From positions 3,450 through 67,449 of the forward strand of contig JBBINY010000007.1 of NCBI GenBank assembly GCA_037443645.1: DNA of 64,000 nucleotides, given 5' to 3'. The position numbers were made by a program, and so were the translations under genes. This document shows, one piece after another, positions 10,078 through 21,097 of the stretch. The notes beneath the pieces were generated by a model that did not search any database, was not told the DNA's origin, and was given only the letters and a program-made list of their open reading frames with translations. Position 1 is the first letter of the stretch. Every line of letters starts with the position of its first letter. This DNA comes from Cytophagales bacterium. GTDB lineage: Bacteria > Bacteroidota > Bacteroidia > Cytophagales > Cyclobacteriaceae.

Positions 10078-11277
10078 ATGAGCCGTACCGAATCGTACAG
10101 CGGCAATACCAATCTGAAATGGATTGTGCTGGGAGCTTCCATCTTCATCAGCATCGGTTCCATTTATTATACGGATGTGCTGGTAGACGAGCTGAAACTG
10201 CGTGAGCGCCAGCAGGTGGAGCTCTTTGCACGGGCGTTGGAGTACACCCTCAATGAGCAATCCAACGAAAATATTTTATTCGTCACCGATGAAATTATTT
10301 TCAAGAACAATTCCATTCCAACCATATGGATTACAAAAGACGGTGACTACCAATACCGGAACATTGACATTCGGGAGGATTGGGCATCGGCTCGCAAAAA
10401 GAAAGCACTGGAAGAAGCACTGGAGGAAATGAAGATGCGGTATGATCCCATTCAGATGACCTACCGGAATGAAAACGGGGAAGTTGAAGACTTCGGTTAT
10501 GTCTATTACAAAAACTCATTCCTGCTGACGCAACTGATCTACTACCCCTTTATCCAGCTTTCGGTGATTGCCATCTTTGCATTTATCTCTTACCTGGCTT
10601 TTAATTACTCCAAGGTGGCCGAGCAAAACCAGGTTTGGGTGGGCCTGGCAAAGGAAACCGCCCACCAACTGGGCACACCGTTGTCATCGCTGATGGCCTG
10701 GGCGGAGGTTCTTCGTGATGACCCCAATCTGAAAAACAAGGAAATCGTTGACGAGTTGGAGAAAGACATCCGTAAACTGACAATCGTTACCGAACGCTTC
10801 TCAAGTATTGGTTCGGTGCCCGTGTTGAAACCGGAGAATGTGGTAAGCCTTGTTAACAATGTAGTGAACTACATCAGGCCGCGCGTATCATCAAAAATAA
10901 AAATTGAAGTATTCTCCTTATCTGATAACATCCAGGCGAATGTGCATGTGCCATTATTCGAGTGGGTGCTGGAAAATCTGTGCAAGAATGCCGTTGACGC
11001 TATCGGTACAAGCGGCACGGTAGCCATTAAGATTTTACGGGGAAGTGAAAGCAAGGTGTACATTGATGTTTCGGACACGGGCAAAGGAATTACCCGCGCA
11101 AACCTGGGCATGGTTTTTAAGCCGGGCTTTACAACCAAAAAACGGGGCTGGGGCCTGGGCCTTGCACTGGCCAAACGAATTATTGAAAACTACCACAATG
11201 GCCGAATTTTCGTCAAGTCATCCGAAGAAAACCAAGGCACAACATTTCGGATTGCACTTACTACCGCTTCCTTATAA
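10078..11277 (+). CDS. sensor histidine kinase (no adjacent response regulator)
   Basis: 399 aa. Two TM helices flank a sensor domain of about 130 aa. H-box ETAHQLGTPLSSL. HATPase_c motifs NLCKNAVDA, DTGKGI, GWGLGLALAKR. Confidence 0.85.
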   Translation: MSRTESYSGNTNLKWIVLGASIFISIGSIYYTDVLVDELKLRERQQVELFARALEYTLNEQSNENILFVTDEIIFKNNSIPTIWITKDGDYQYRNIDIREDWASARKKKALEEALEEMKMRYDPIQMTYRNENGEVEDFGYVYYKNSFLLTQLIYYPFIQLSVIAIFAFISYLAFNYSKVAEQNQVWVGLAKETAHQLGTPLSSLMAWAEVLRDDPNLKNKEIVDELEKDIRKLTIVTERFSSIGSVPVLKPENVVSLVNNVVNYIRPRVSSKIKIEVFSLSDNIQANVHVPLFEWVLENLCKNAVDAIGTSGTVAIKILRGSESKVYIDVSDTGKGITRANLGMVFKPGFTTKKRGWGLGLALAKRIIENYHNGRIFVKSSEENQGTTFRIALTTASL

Positions 11278-11332
11278 AAGACCCCGTTTGCGTGATAATT
11301 ATCAGCCAGAGGATGTTGGCAGTAAAGGCTAA

Positions 11333-12913
<1,581 letters not shown>

Positions 12914-12919
12914 CAGCCT

Positions 12920-13165
12920 ATGCACCTGGAAATACTGACTCCTGAAAAAAAAATCTTTGAAGGTGACGTCACCCTTGCCACGTTTCCCGGTGCGGATGGC
13001 TCCTTTCAGGTAATGGATAACCACGCTCCTCTGATTTCCCTGCTTAAGGAAGGTACCGTTGAGTACAAAGGAAAAGACGTGAATGAGAACCTGAAAATTT
13101 CGGGAGGCGTGGTGGAAGTACTCGGTAATAAAACCATCCTGCTTGCTGATGGCGTGATCGCCTGA
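12920..13165 (+). CDS. atpC: F0F1 ATP synthase subunit epsilon (short form, beta-sandwich only)
   Basis: 81 aa, immediately after atpD. It is the N-terminal beta-sandwich domain; the C-terminal helical hairpin is absent. Confidence 0.85.
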   Translation: MHLEILTPEKKIFEGDVTLATFPGADGSFQVMDNHAPLISLLKEGTVEYKGKDVNENLKISGGVVEVLGNKTILLADGVIA

Positions 13166-13311
13166 CGCGTTGCATCCGCAAGCGAAAAATCTTCTTTAAA
13201 TCACTGAAGCAAAAAGATGTTTCACTAACACTCCTGCCAGCCGAAGGCATGGCAACATAACAAAGAAACTTTGTGAGACGGCCAGTTACTTTTTATAAAC
13301 AGGAAAGTTTC

Positions 13312-13812
13312 TTACTGCCGGAGTAACCACTTAACGAAAAACACTATCCCGATAATCATGGCCACTGCGCCTATAATGTTAAATACATCGCCACCAATAA
13401 TGAACGACACGAGGCCTATGGAACCGAATATTGCGGCAAACTTCAGGTCATTATCCATTCCCTTTTTCAACTCTTCGGCCTTTTCCGTATCGCCATCTTT
13501 CACAGCCTTTGCGTACGCCTTCACCTGACGCAGCGCCTCCTTTTTCAATTCCTTCTTCTCGGCTTTGGTAAGTGCCGGCCGGGCTGGAGCAGCCATGGGG
13601 GTTTCATACTCAACTGACCGGCTTGCCTCATAAAAATGTTCACCCGATGCACTGGCAACCAGTGTGGCCTGGTCATAGGAGAACGTACCGGACGGTTCGC
13701 CAGCGGTTGCAACGTTTGTTTCAGGCTTTGAAGGGTTGCTTCCGGCCATTTTGGGCGCTGAGCATGATCCAAAAAAGGTGAGTCCGATAATAAGCGCTAA
13801 AAACTTCTTCAT
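13312..13812 (-). CDS. hypothetical lipoprotein with C-terminal transmembrane segments
   Basis: ATG at 13812 chosen (MKKFLALIIGLTFFGSC lipobox). 166 aa with a K/E-rich helical middle and a hydrophobic C-terminus (FAAIFGSIGLVSFIIGG...IIGIVFFV). Confidence 0.5.
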   Translation of the reverse strand: MKKFLALIIGLTFFGSCSAPKMAGSNPSKPETNVATAGEPSGTFSYDQATLVASASGEHFYEASRSVEYETPMAAPARPALTKAEKKELKKEALRQVKAYAKAVKDGDTEKAEELKKGMDNDLKFAAIFGSIGLVSFIIGGDVFNIIGAVAMIIGIVFFVKWLLRQ

Positions 13813-13822
13813 GGCATGGAGG

Positions 13823-14143
13823 TTAAACATGTGAATCGGGTTCATTATTTCTTGAGAATAACCGACTGAAAAAACGTTTTTCAAAATTCCAGAAAAAAGC
13901 AAACTGTCCAAAAACAAATCCATAAATCAACAGAAAAACATTATAGACCGGCAAAATCAGAATGTAATACGTTATTGTTGCCCATAGCGGTTTGTCCCCA
14001 TCGGGAAACCAGTATGCGAAAAGGGGGCGCTTAATCAGCAACACGGTGGTTCCGGTGCAGGCAAAAACAATCAGCACGATAATGACCTGAACGGTACTGG
14101 CAAGCCCCCACCTTTTCTTTAGTCTGTCAACCCATTTGGCCAT
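13823..14143 (-). CDS. hypothetical small membrane protein
   Basis: 106 aa with 3 predicted TM helices. Lies 2 nt downstream of the pseudouridine synthase gene and 10 nt upstream of the lipoprotein gene, so it is a likely operon member. Confidence 0.5.
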   Translation of the reverse strand: MAKWVDRLKKRWGLASTVQVIIVLIVFACTGTTVLLIKRPLFAYWFPDGDKPLWATITYYILILPVYNVFLLIYGFVFGQFAFFWNFEKRFFSRLFSRNNEPDSHV

Positions 14144-14145
14144 AG

Positions 14146-14838
14146 TTATTCAAAAGCCTTAAAGTACTTCCAGAAATCAGTATCCGGAAGCCGCGCATCA
14201 ATTTTTACCAACTCTTTTTTCACCGGGTGAACAAATGCCAATGATCGTGCGTGCAGGTTGATGCTGGCATCGGCATTCGCACGAGGGTATCCGTATTTTA
14301 CATCACCGCTGATGGGACAACCAATGGATGCCAGTTGAACGCGTATCTGGTGCGGACGGCCCGTAACCGGGTTCACTTCTACTAAGAAATAACCTGATGC
14401 TTCGCCCAGTAATTTATACGAGAGTTCAGAACGGAGGGCACCTGGCGTTTCACGGCTCCATGCAGTTGTTTTATTTTTAGAAGCATCCTTCTTAAGCCAA
14501 TGAACCAATGATGCACCGGCAGGCGGGCGATTACCCACCATCGCCCAGTATGTTTTTTTTGTTTCTTTATCACGGAACAAGGCGTTCATGCGTGCCAACG
14601 CCTTCGATGTCCGTGCAAATACCACCACCCCGCTCACCGGCCTGTCGAGCCGATGCACCACACCCAGAAAAACAGCGCCCGGCTTCTTGTATTTGGCTGC
14701 CAGGTAATCCTTGCACACCTCAACCAGGGGTTTGTCACCTGTCGAGTCACCCTGAACCAGTATGCCTGCCGGCTTATTGATAGCCAGCAAATGATTATCC
14801 TCGAACAAAATATCCAGCGCAGGCACAGTCATCACCAA
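14146..14838 (-). CDS. RluA family pseudouridine synthase
   Basis: 230 aa. Catalytic motif HRLDRPVSGVVVFA and conserved HQIRVQLA; no S4 domain. Confidence 0.9.
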   Translation of the reverse strand: MVMTVPALDILFEDNHLLAINKPAGILVQGDSTGDKPLVEVCKDYLAAKYKKPGAVFLGVVHRLDRPVSGVVVFARTSKALARMNALFRDKETKKTYWAMVGNRPPAGASLVHWLKKDASKNKTTAWSRETPGALRSELSYKLLGEASGYFLVEVNPVTGRPHQIRVQLASIGCPISGDVKYGYPRANADASINLHARSLAFVHPVKKELVKIDARLPDTDFWKYFKAFE

Positions 14839-14897
14839 AGATATTGATTCAAACAGGTTTGTTGACCGGTTTTAGTATTTTGGTGAAACAAAACACC

Positions 14898-15782
14898 ATG
14901 CTTCGCAACCTGATTATCCTGCTTTGCAGCACCTTGCTTGCCTGCACAAGCAACCTGGATCGCCTCCGGAAAAATGTTAATACCCAACTTAAAACAGTGA
15001 ATGGTGTGTTTGCAGTTGCCTTTAAAGACTTGTCAACCGGAGAAACCCTGCTGATCAATGAACACGAGCCGTTTCATGCGGCCAGCACCATGAAAACCCC
15101 GGTCATGATCGAAGTTTTTAAACAGGCTGCGGAAGGCCGCTGGAGTTTGTCAGACTCCATTGAAGTCATCAATCAATTTAAGAGCATTGCCGATGGGAGT
15201 ACTTTCAGCCTGCGTCCGGAAGACGACAGTGAAGAGAGCCTGTACACACTGGTGGGAACGAGGCGAACGGTGTACGACCTGGTGTATGACATGATTATCG
15301 TTAGCAGCAACCTTGCCACGAATATTGTTATTGAATACGTGGATGCCAAAAAAGTTACGCAGACCATGCGCGCGCTGGGCGCACCCGATATCCAGGTGCT
15401 GCGGGGCGTTGAGGATATAAAAGCCTATGAGCAGGGCATGAACAACACCACAACAGCTTACGACCTGATGATCATTTTTGAAAAAATGGCCACCGGAACT
15501 GCCGTTAGTCCTGAGGCTTCTAATCAGATGATCAACATTTTACTGGATCAAAAATTCAACGACATCATTCCCGCCCTTTTGCCGGCCGGAGTAAAAGTTG
15601 CTCACAAAACCGGTTTCATCACCGGTGTACACCACGATGCGGGCATCGTGATGCTGCCGGACGGAAGGCGGTATGTACTGGTGGTGCTTTCAAAAAACAT
15701 GACCGACATGGATGCCGGAACAGCCTCGCTTGCCAAGGTTTCAAAACTCATCTACAACTATGTAGCCGGAGTTAATCCTTAA
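14898..15782 (+). CDS. class A beta-lactamase-like serine hydrolase
   Basis: ATG at 14898 chosen (signal peptide [16 protein letters not shown]). Motifs S-x-x-K (STMK), S-x-N (SSN) and K-T-G (HKTGF) occur in class A order and spacing. Confidence 0.8.
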   Translation: MLRNLIILLCSTLLACTSNLDRLRKNVNTQLKTVNGVFAVAFKDLSTGETLLINEHEPFHAASTMKTPVMIEVFKQAAEGRWSLSDSIEVINQFKSIADGSTFSLRPEDDSEESLYTLVGTRRTVYDLVYDMIIVSSNLATNIVIEYVDAKKVTQTMRALGAPDIQVLRGVEDIKAYEQGMNNTTTAYDLMIIFEKMATGTAVSPEASNQMINILLDQKFNDIIPALLPAGVKVAHKTGFITGVHHDAGIVMLPDGRRYVLVVLSKNMTDMDAGTASLAKVSKLIYNYVAGVNP

Positions 15783-17355
15783 ACTCCGATGTAAAGTGAA
15801 ACCGGATTTCATTGAAGTTCTCCTGCACCATTTGCAGCCAGGCGCGGGACTCAGCCATAAACACCAGTTTACCGTCCTTATCGCGTGCCAGGTGCCTTTG
15901 CTTAGAGTTGATAAATTCCTGAAGCTTTTTCGGATCACTGCTGCTGATCCAGCATGCCTTGTAAATATTCTGGGGCACAAACTGAACCGTTGCACCATAC
16001 TCATTCTTTAGCCTGAACTGAATTACCTCGAATTGCAACGCACCAACTGTACCCACAACTTTTTTCTTGCCGAGCTCATAGGTAAATAACTGTGCCACCC
16101 CCTCTTCCATTAACTGCACCAATCCCTTTTCCAGTTGCTTTGATTTCATGGCGTCCAGGTTTTCCACTTCTTTGAAAATCTCCGGTGAAAAACTCGGGAT
16201 GCCGGTGTACATCAGTCTTTCGCCTTCGGTAAGTGTATCCCCGATCTTGAGGTTTCCGGTATCATAAATCCCGACAATATCACCCGGCCATGCTTCGTCT
16301 ACGGTTTCACGCTCCTGCGCCATGAAGGCGGTGGCATTTGAAAAGCGCAGGTTTTTGTTCTGCCTTACGTGAAAGTACGTGCTACCGCGTTCAAATTTGC
16401 CGGAGCATACCCGCACAAAGGCAATGCGGTTACGGTGCTTTGGATCCATGTTGGCATGAATCTTAAAGACAAAACCGGAAAATTTCGGCTCGTTCGGCTC
16501 AACTACCCGTGCTGTAGTATGACGATGAATGGGCGGTGGTGCAATGCGGATGAATGTATCCAGCAGTTCCTTCACACCGAAATTGTTCACTGCGCTGCCA
16601 AAGAAAACCGGTGCCACATTGCCGGCAAGGTATTCCTGCACATCAAAATCAGGGTATACACCCTCAATCAGTTCAACATCGTGGCGCAACTGCCTGGCAT
16701 TGTTCTCTCCAACAAGTTCATCCAGTTCAGCCGAACGGATATCCTTAATTTCAATGCCCTCTTCAACCGTAATTTTGCTTGGCGTAAACAGGTGCAGGCT
16801 CTTTTCATACAGGCTGTAAACGCCCCTGAAAGTTTTTCCCATACTGATGGGCCAACTCAGCGGCCTTACCTTTATAGTTAGCTTCTCTTCAATTTCATCC
16901 AGTAACTCGAACGGATCCCTGCCTTCACGGTCCAGTTTATTGATAAAGCAGATTACCGGTGTACTGCGCAACCGGCAAACTTCCATGAGTTTTTCTGTTT
17001 GAAGTTCTACACCTTTCACACAGTCAATTACCATGATTACGCTGTCAACCGCGGTGAGCGTGCGGTAGGTATCTTCCGCAAAATCCTGGTGACCGGGCGT
17101 ATCGAGCAGGTTTATTTTTACATCCTTGTAATGAAAACCCATTACCGAAGTGGCTACAGAAATGCCGCGTTGCTTTTCAATTTCCATCCAGTCGCTGCGC
17201 GCATGATCTTTTATTTTCGATGATTTTACAGCCCCAGCTTTTTGAATGGCTCCTCCAAAGAGCAGGAGCTTTTCGGTGAGCGTGGTTTTTCCTGCATCGG
17301 GGTGGCTGATGATGCCGAAGGTTCTGCGTTTGCTGATTTCGCTGGCAAGATTCAT
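15772..17355 (-). CDS. prfC: peptide chain release factor 3
   Basis: 527 aa with G1 [10 protein letters not shown]3 DTPGHQDF and RF3-type domains. Confidence 0.95.
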   Translation of the reverse strand: MNLASEISKRRTFGIISHPDAGKTTLTEKLLLFGGAIQKAGAVKSSKIKDHARSDWMEIEKQRGISVATSVMGFHYKDVKINLLDTPGHQDFAEDTYRTLTAVDSVIMVIDCVKGVELQTEKLMEVCRLRSTPVICFINKLDREGRDPFELLDEIEEKLTIKVRPLSWPISMGKTFRGVYSLYEKSLHLFTPSKITVEEGIEIKDIRSAELDELVGENNARQLRHDVELIEGVYPDFDVQEYLAGNVAPVFFGSAVNNFGVKELLDTFIRIAPPPIHRHTTARVVEPNEPKFSGFVFKIHANMDPKHRNRIAFVRVCSGKFERGSTYFHVRQNKNLRFSNATAFMAQERETVDEAWPGDIVGIYDTGNLKIGDTLTEGERLMYTGIPSFSPEIFKEVENLDAMKSKQLEKGLVQLMEEGVAQLFTYELGKKKVVGTVGALQFEVIQFRLKNEYGATVQFVPQNIYKACWISSSDPKKLQEFINSKQRHLARDKDGKLVFMAESRAWLQMVQENFNEIRFHFTSEFKD

Positions 17356-17368
17356 GATAAAAATTCCG

Positions 17369-17376
17369 CAAATCTA
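17369..17376 (-). promoter_or_regulatory. -7 promoter box (TAGATTTG on minus strand) for prfC
   Basis: Exact TAnnTTTG match 13 nt upstream of the prfC ATG. Confidence 0.45.
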
Positions 17377-17675
17377 AGCGAATGATTTTCAAACAGCTAT
17401 TTCTTACTCAACGGGTTTGTAATCAATAATTCAACGGTGAAAGTTTGCAGTTACCCTATTTATTGAAATGAGGCGGTACCATGAAGCCCAGCCGAACTGG
17501 TGACACAGAAGCCATAAAACTTCTTGCCAGCCCGGAGAAATAATGCGGCCGGAAATCGGGATTGAGCGCAAATCCCTCTGCCAATGTGTCATTGTTTTCT
17601 TAAAAAAACCTGCTGGCACACCCATTGATAGCCCTAGGAAGGCTTAATAGCCTATCACCACATAACGACACATTT

Positions 17676-19595
17676 ATGGGAAAGATTATAGGAATAGACC
17701 TGGGCACAACCAACTCCTGCGTAGCCGTAATGGAGGGTAACGAGCCCGTTGTAATAGCCAACAGCGAAGGCCGGAGAACCACCCCTTCCATCGTTGCCTT
17801 TTTGGATGGCGGCAAGGGCGAACGCAAAGTGGGCGACCCGGCAAAACGGCAGGCCATTACCAACCCCAAGAACACGGTAATGTCCATCAAGCGGTTTATG
17901 GGAAAAAAATATGCCGATGTTACCGAGGAAATGAAGTTTGTTTCCTACCAGGTAGAAAGCGGCAATAACGACACCGTGCGTGTGCGCATTGGCGACCGCC
18001 TGTACACCCCGCAGGAAATCTCGGCCATGATTCTTCAGAAAATGAAAAGCACTGCCGAAGATTACCTGGGCACCACCGTTTCCGAAGCCGTAATCACCGT
18101 ACCCGCCTATTTTAACGATGCCGAGCGCCAGGCTACCAAAGAAGCCGGACAGATAGCCGGTCTTGATGTGAAACGAATCATCAACGAACCTACCGCAGCA
18201 GCCTTGGCATACGGCCTCGATAAGAAAAACAAAGACATGAAGATTGCCGTGTACGACCTGGGCGGTGGTACATTCGATATTTCCATTCTTGAACTGGGCG
18301 ATGGCGTTTTCGAAGTGAAATCCACCAACGGAGATGTACACCTTGGCGGTGACGACTTCGATGTGAAGATCATTAACTGGCTGGCCGATGAGTTTAAAGC
18401 TGAGCGCAACATCGACCTCCGCAAAGATCCCATGGCCCTGCAACGGTTGAAAGAAGCTGCTGAAAAGGCCAAGATCGAACTCTCCAGCTCACAGGAAACC
18501 GAAATTAACCTGCCATACGTTACCTCGATTGATGGCGTACCGGAGCACCTTGTAAAAAAACTTACCCGTTCGAAATTCGAGCAACTGGTTGACGACCTGG
18601 TGCGCAGAACGCTGGAACCGTGCCGCAAAGCCGTAGCCGATGCCGGTGTATCCGTGGGTCAGATTGACGAAGTGATCCTGGTGGGCGGATCAACACGCAT
18701 TCCACGCATTCAGGAAGAAGTAGAAAAATTCTTCGGTAAAAAACCTTCGAAAGGTGTTAACCCCGATGAAGTGGTGGCTGTGGGTGCTGCTATCCAGGGC
18801 GGGGTGCTTACCGGAGAAGTAAAAGACGTGCTGTTGCTGGATGTTACTCCGCTGTCGTTAGGTATTGAAACGCTGGGAGGTGTGTTTACCAAATTGATTG
18901 AAAGCAACACCACCATCCCGTCTAAAAAATCGGAAGTGTTTTCTACCGCTGCGGATAACCAACCTTCTGTAGAAATACACGTGCTGCAGGGCGAACGACC
19001 TATGGCAAAGGATAACCGAACCATTGGCCGCTTTCACCTGGATGGCATCCCTCCGGCTCCGCGCGGATTACCTCAGATTGAAGTAACCTTTGACATCGAT
19101 GCCAACGGCATACTCCATGTATCGGCTAAAGACAAAGGAACCGGAAAGGAACAGAAAATCCGCATTGAAGCATCCAGCGGATTAACCGATGCTGAAATTC
19201 AAAAAATGAAACAGGAGGCACAGGCCCATGCCGAAGAGGATAAAAAAGTGAAAGAGCGCGCTGAAAAAATTAATCAGGCCGACTCCATGATCTTCCAAAC
19301 CGAGAAGCAATTGAAGGAGTATGGCGACAAGCTTTCCGATGGAAACAAAGGAGCTATTAACAGCGCTCTCGAAAAGCTGAAGGAAGCGCATAAGAGCCAG
19401 GATCTGACCGCGATTGATGCCGCCATGGCCGCTCTGAATGGGGCCTGGCAGGCCGCCTCGCAGGAAATGTACCAGGCTACACAAAACGCAGCCGGAGCGC
19501 AACCTGGGGCTGATGCCGGAAGTCAGCCGGGAGCCTCATCGGATGGCAACAACGTATCGGATGTGGAATATGAAGAGGTGAACGACAAGAAGTAA
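17676..19595 (+). CDS. dnaK: molecular chaperone DnaK
   Basis: ATG at 17676 ([14 protein letters not shown]). 639 aa with Hsp70 signatures DLGGGTFD and [11 protein letters not shown]. Confidence 0.97.
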   Translation: MGKIIGIDLGTTNSCVAVMEGNEPVVIANSEGRRTTPSIVAFLDGGKGERKVGDPAKRQAITNPKNTVMSIKRFMGKKYADVTEEMKFVSYQVESGNNDTVRVRIGDRLYTPQEISAMILQKMKSTAEDYLGTTVSEAVITVPAYFNDAERQATKEAGQIAGLDVKRIINEPTAAALAYGLDKKNKDMKIAVYDLGGGTFDISILELGDGVFEVKSTNGDVHLGGDDFDVKIINWLADEFKAERNIDLRKDPMALQRLKEAAEKAKIELSSSQETEINLPYVTSIDGVPEHLVKKLTRSKFEQLVDDLVRRTLEPCRKAVADAGVSVGQIDEVILVGGSTRIPRIQEEVEKFFGKKPSKGVNPDEVVAVGAAIQGGVLTGEVKDVLLLDVTPLSLGIETLGGVFTKLIESNTTIPSKKSEVFSTAADNQPSVEIHVLQGERPMAKDNRTIGRFHLDGIPPAPRGLPQIEVTFDIDANGILHVSAKDKGTGKEQKIRIEASSGLTDAEIQKMKQEAQAHAEEDKKVKERAEKINQADSMIFQTEKQLKEYGDKLSDGNKGAINSALEKLKEAHKSQDLTAIDAAMAALNGAWQAASQEMYQATQNAAGAQPGADAGSQPGASSDGNNVSDVEYEEVNDKK

Positions 19596-19620
19596 CTTCA
19601 ATTTTCCATATATAGATTAA

Positions 19621-19652
19621 AACCCCGGAGCTACGGCTCGGGGCTTTTTTAT
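19621..19652 (+). terminator. rho-independent terminator after dnaK
   Basis: CCCCG(G)AGC-tacg-GCTCGGGG stem with one bulge, followed by CTTTTTTATT. Confidence 0.7.
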
Positions 19653-19666
19653 TCTTAGCCGCTCAT

Positions 19667-19674
19667 TAACTTTG
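19667..19674 (+). promoter_or_regulatory. -7 promoter box (TAACTTTG) for aspartate kinase
   Basis: Exact TAnnTTTG match 18 nt upstream of the ATG at 19693, just after the dnaK terminator. Confidence 0.5.
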
Positions 19675-19692
19675 TCGGCTTAAAAAATCAGG

Positions 19693-21021
19693 ATGGTTGT
19701 TTTAAAATTTGGCGGCACTTCGGTAGGCAAGCCGGAACGGATGAAAAAAATTGCCGGACTGGTAACGGAAACACCCGGGCAGAAAATCGTGGTGTTGTCG
19801 GCTTTATCCGGAACCACCAACGCACTGGTGCGCATTGGTGAGCTGTTAATGCAGGAAGATTTGCCTGCGGCCGAGCATGAACTGGCTCAGTTGGAAAATC
19901 ATTACCTGAATTTTGTAGGAGAATTATACTCCACGGAACCGTTCACCGCCATTGGTCAGGAAATTGTAAGCCGCTTTTTTATTTTTATGCGCCTGCTGGC
20001 GGCCGGCCAGTTTGACGATACGAGCTATCGTGAACTGCTGGCCCAGGGCGAACTGATATCCACCGAGTTATTTTACCAGTATGTGCAGGAACAAAAAATC
20101 AGTTCGCGTTTGCTTCCCGCCCTTCACTTTATGTCAATTGATGAAAACGAAGAGCCGGAACTGGAAAAAATTACAAGCCGGCTGAAGCCGCTGCTGAATT
20201 CATTAAACCAGGTTGACCTCATTATCACCCAGGGTTACATCTGCCGGAATCACCGCAATGAGATTGATAACCTGAAACGCGGAGGCAGCGATTATACGGC
20301 CTCACTCATCGGGGCGGCCATACAGGCGGAAGAAATTCAGATCTGGACCGACATTGACGGAATGCACAACAACGATCCCCGCATCGTGAAGAAAACCTAT
20401 CCCATTTCGGAATTAACATTCGATGAGGCGTCTGAACTGGCTTACTTCGGGGCAAAAATTCTGCACCCGTCAACCATTGTACCTGCACAAAAGCGCAACG
20501 TGCCTGTACGGCTAAAGAATACGCTGGATGAAAAAGCTCCAGGCACCCTCATCAGCAACAAAGGCAAAGAAGGAACCCTTAAAGCTGTTGCTGCCAAAGA
20601 CGGCATCATTGCCATCAACATCAAATCATCGCGCATGCTTATGGCGTATGGATTTCTGCGCAGGGTGTTTGAAGTATTTGAACAGTATAAAACACCCATC
20701 GACATGATTTCAACCTCGGAAGTGGCGGTGTCCTTAACCATTGATCATACCGAACAACTGGCAACTATTGAAACCGAATTGAAGAAATTCGGAACCATTG
20801 AAGTTGACATGAACCAGACCATCGTTTGCCTGGTGGGCCATAAGATTGGCGGCCAGCAGGGCATTCTGGAAAAAGTTTTTCATGCTATGGCCTCCATCCC
20901 CGTCCGCATGGTATCGGTAGGCGGCAGCGCCAATAACATTTCGCTGCTCATTAACACGGCATTCAAGGAAAAAGCACTAAACGCATTAAATGTCCATCTA
21001 TTCGGGCTGGGTGAATCATAA
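19693..21021 (+). CDS. lysC: aspartate kinase
   Basis: 442 aa. N-terminal KFGGTSVG kinase motif and C-terminal ACT-type regulatory region. Confidence 0.88.
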   Translation: MVVLKFGGTSVGKPERMKKIAGLVTETPGQKIVVLSALSGTTNALVRIGELLMQEDLPAAEHELAQLENHYLNFVGELYSTEPFTAIGQEIVSRFFIFMRLLAAGQFDDTSYRELLAQGELISTELFYQYVQEQKISSRLLPALHFMSIDENEEPELEKITSRLKPLLNSLNQVDLIITQGYICRNHRNEIDNLKRGGSDYTASLIGAAIQAEEIQIWTDIDGMHNNDPRIVKKTYPISELTFDEASELAYFGAKILHPSTIVPAQKRNVPVRLKNTLDEKAPGTLISNKGKEGTLKAVAAKDGIIAINIKSSRMLMAYGFLRRVFEVFEQYKTPIDMISTSEVAVSLTIDHTEQLATIETELKKFGTIEVDMNQTIVCLVGHKIGGQQGILEKVFHAMASIPVRMVSVGGSANNISLLINTAFKEKALNALNVHLFGLGES

Positions 21022-21097
21022 GTAATTAACCCTTAACAGATTTCTCTTTTACATACGGGGTAAAATTTCCATATTTCAGCGTAGCCAAATCCTGCTT

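Noticed and set aside
13263-13313. 10-bp perfect inverted repeat AAGAAACTTT / AAAGTTTCTT in the atpC / lipoprotein convergent gap, considered as a bidirectional terminator.
   Set aside because: The loop is 31 nt with no obvious internal pairing, and there is no flanking T- or A-tract, so the structure is too weak to call. The right arm also overlaps the lipoprotein stop codon.
17431-17625. 64-aa minus-strand ORF, and a 20-aa plus-strand ORF (MKPSRTGDTEAIKLLASPEK), in the prfC/dnaK intergenic region.
   Set aside because: Neither has a promoter box or a recognisable family. The composition is Trp/Arg-rich, typical of random frames, and the region is more plausibly the dnaK regulatory leader.
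17655-18443. 262-aa minus-strand ORF inside dnaK. Similar long antisense ORFs occur elsewhere, for example 18107-18628 (-), 41491-42042 (+) in sucB, 39414-40329 (+) in lpd, 30790-31404 (-) in the PpiD-like gene and 16369-16881 (+) in prfC.
   Set aside because: They lie wholly antisense to strongly recognisable conserved genes. Their composition is low-complexity or Gly/His/Ser-rich, typical of shadow frames, and they show no promoter or family resemblance.
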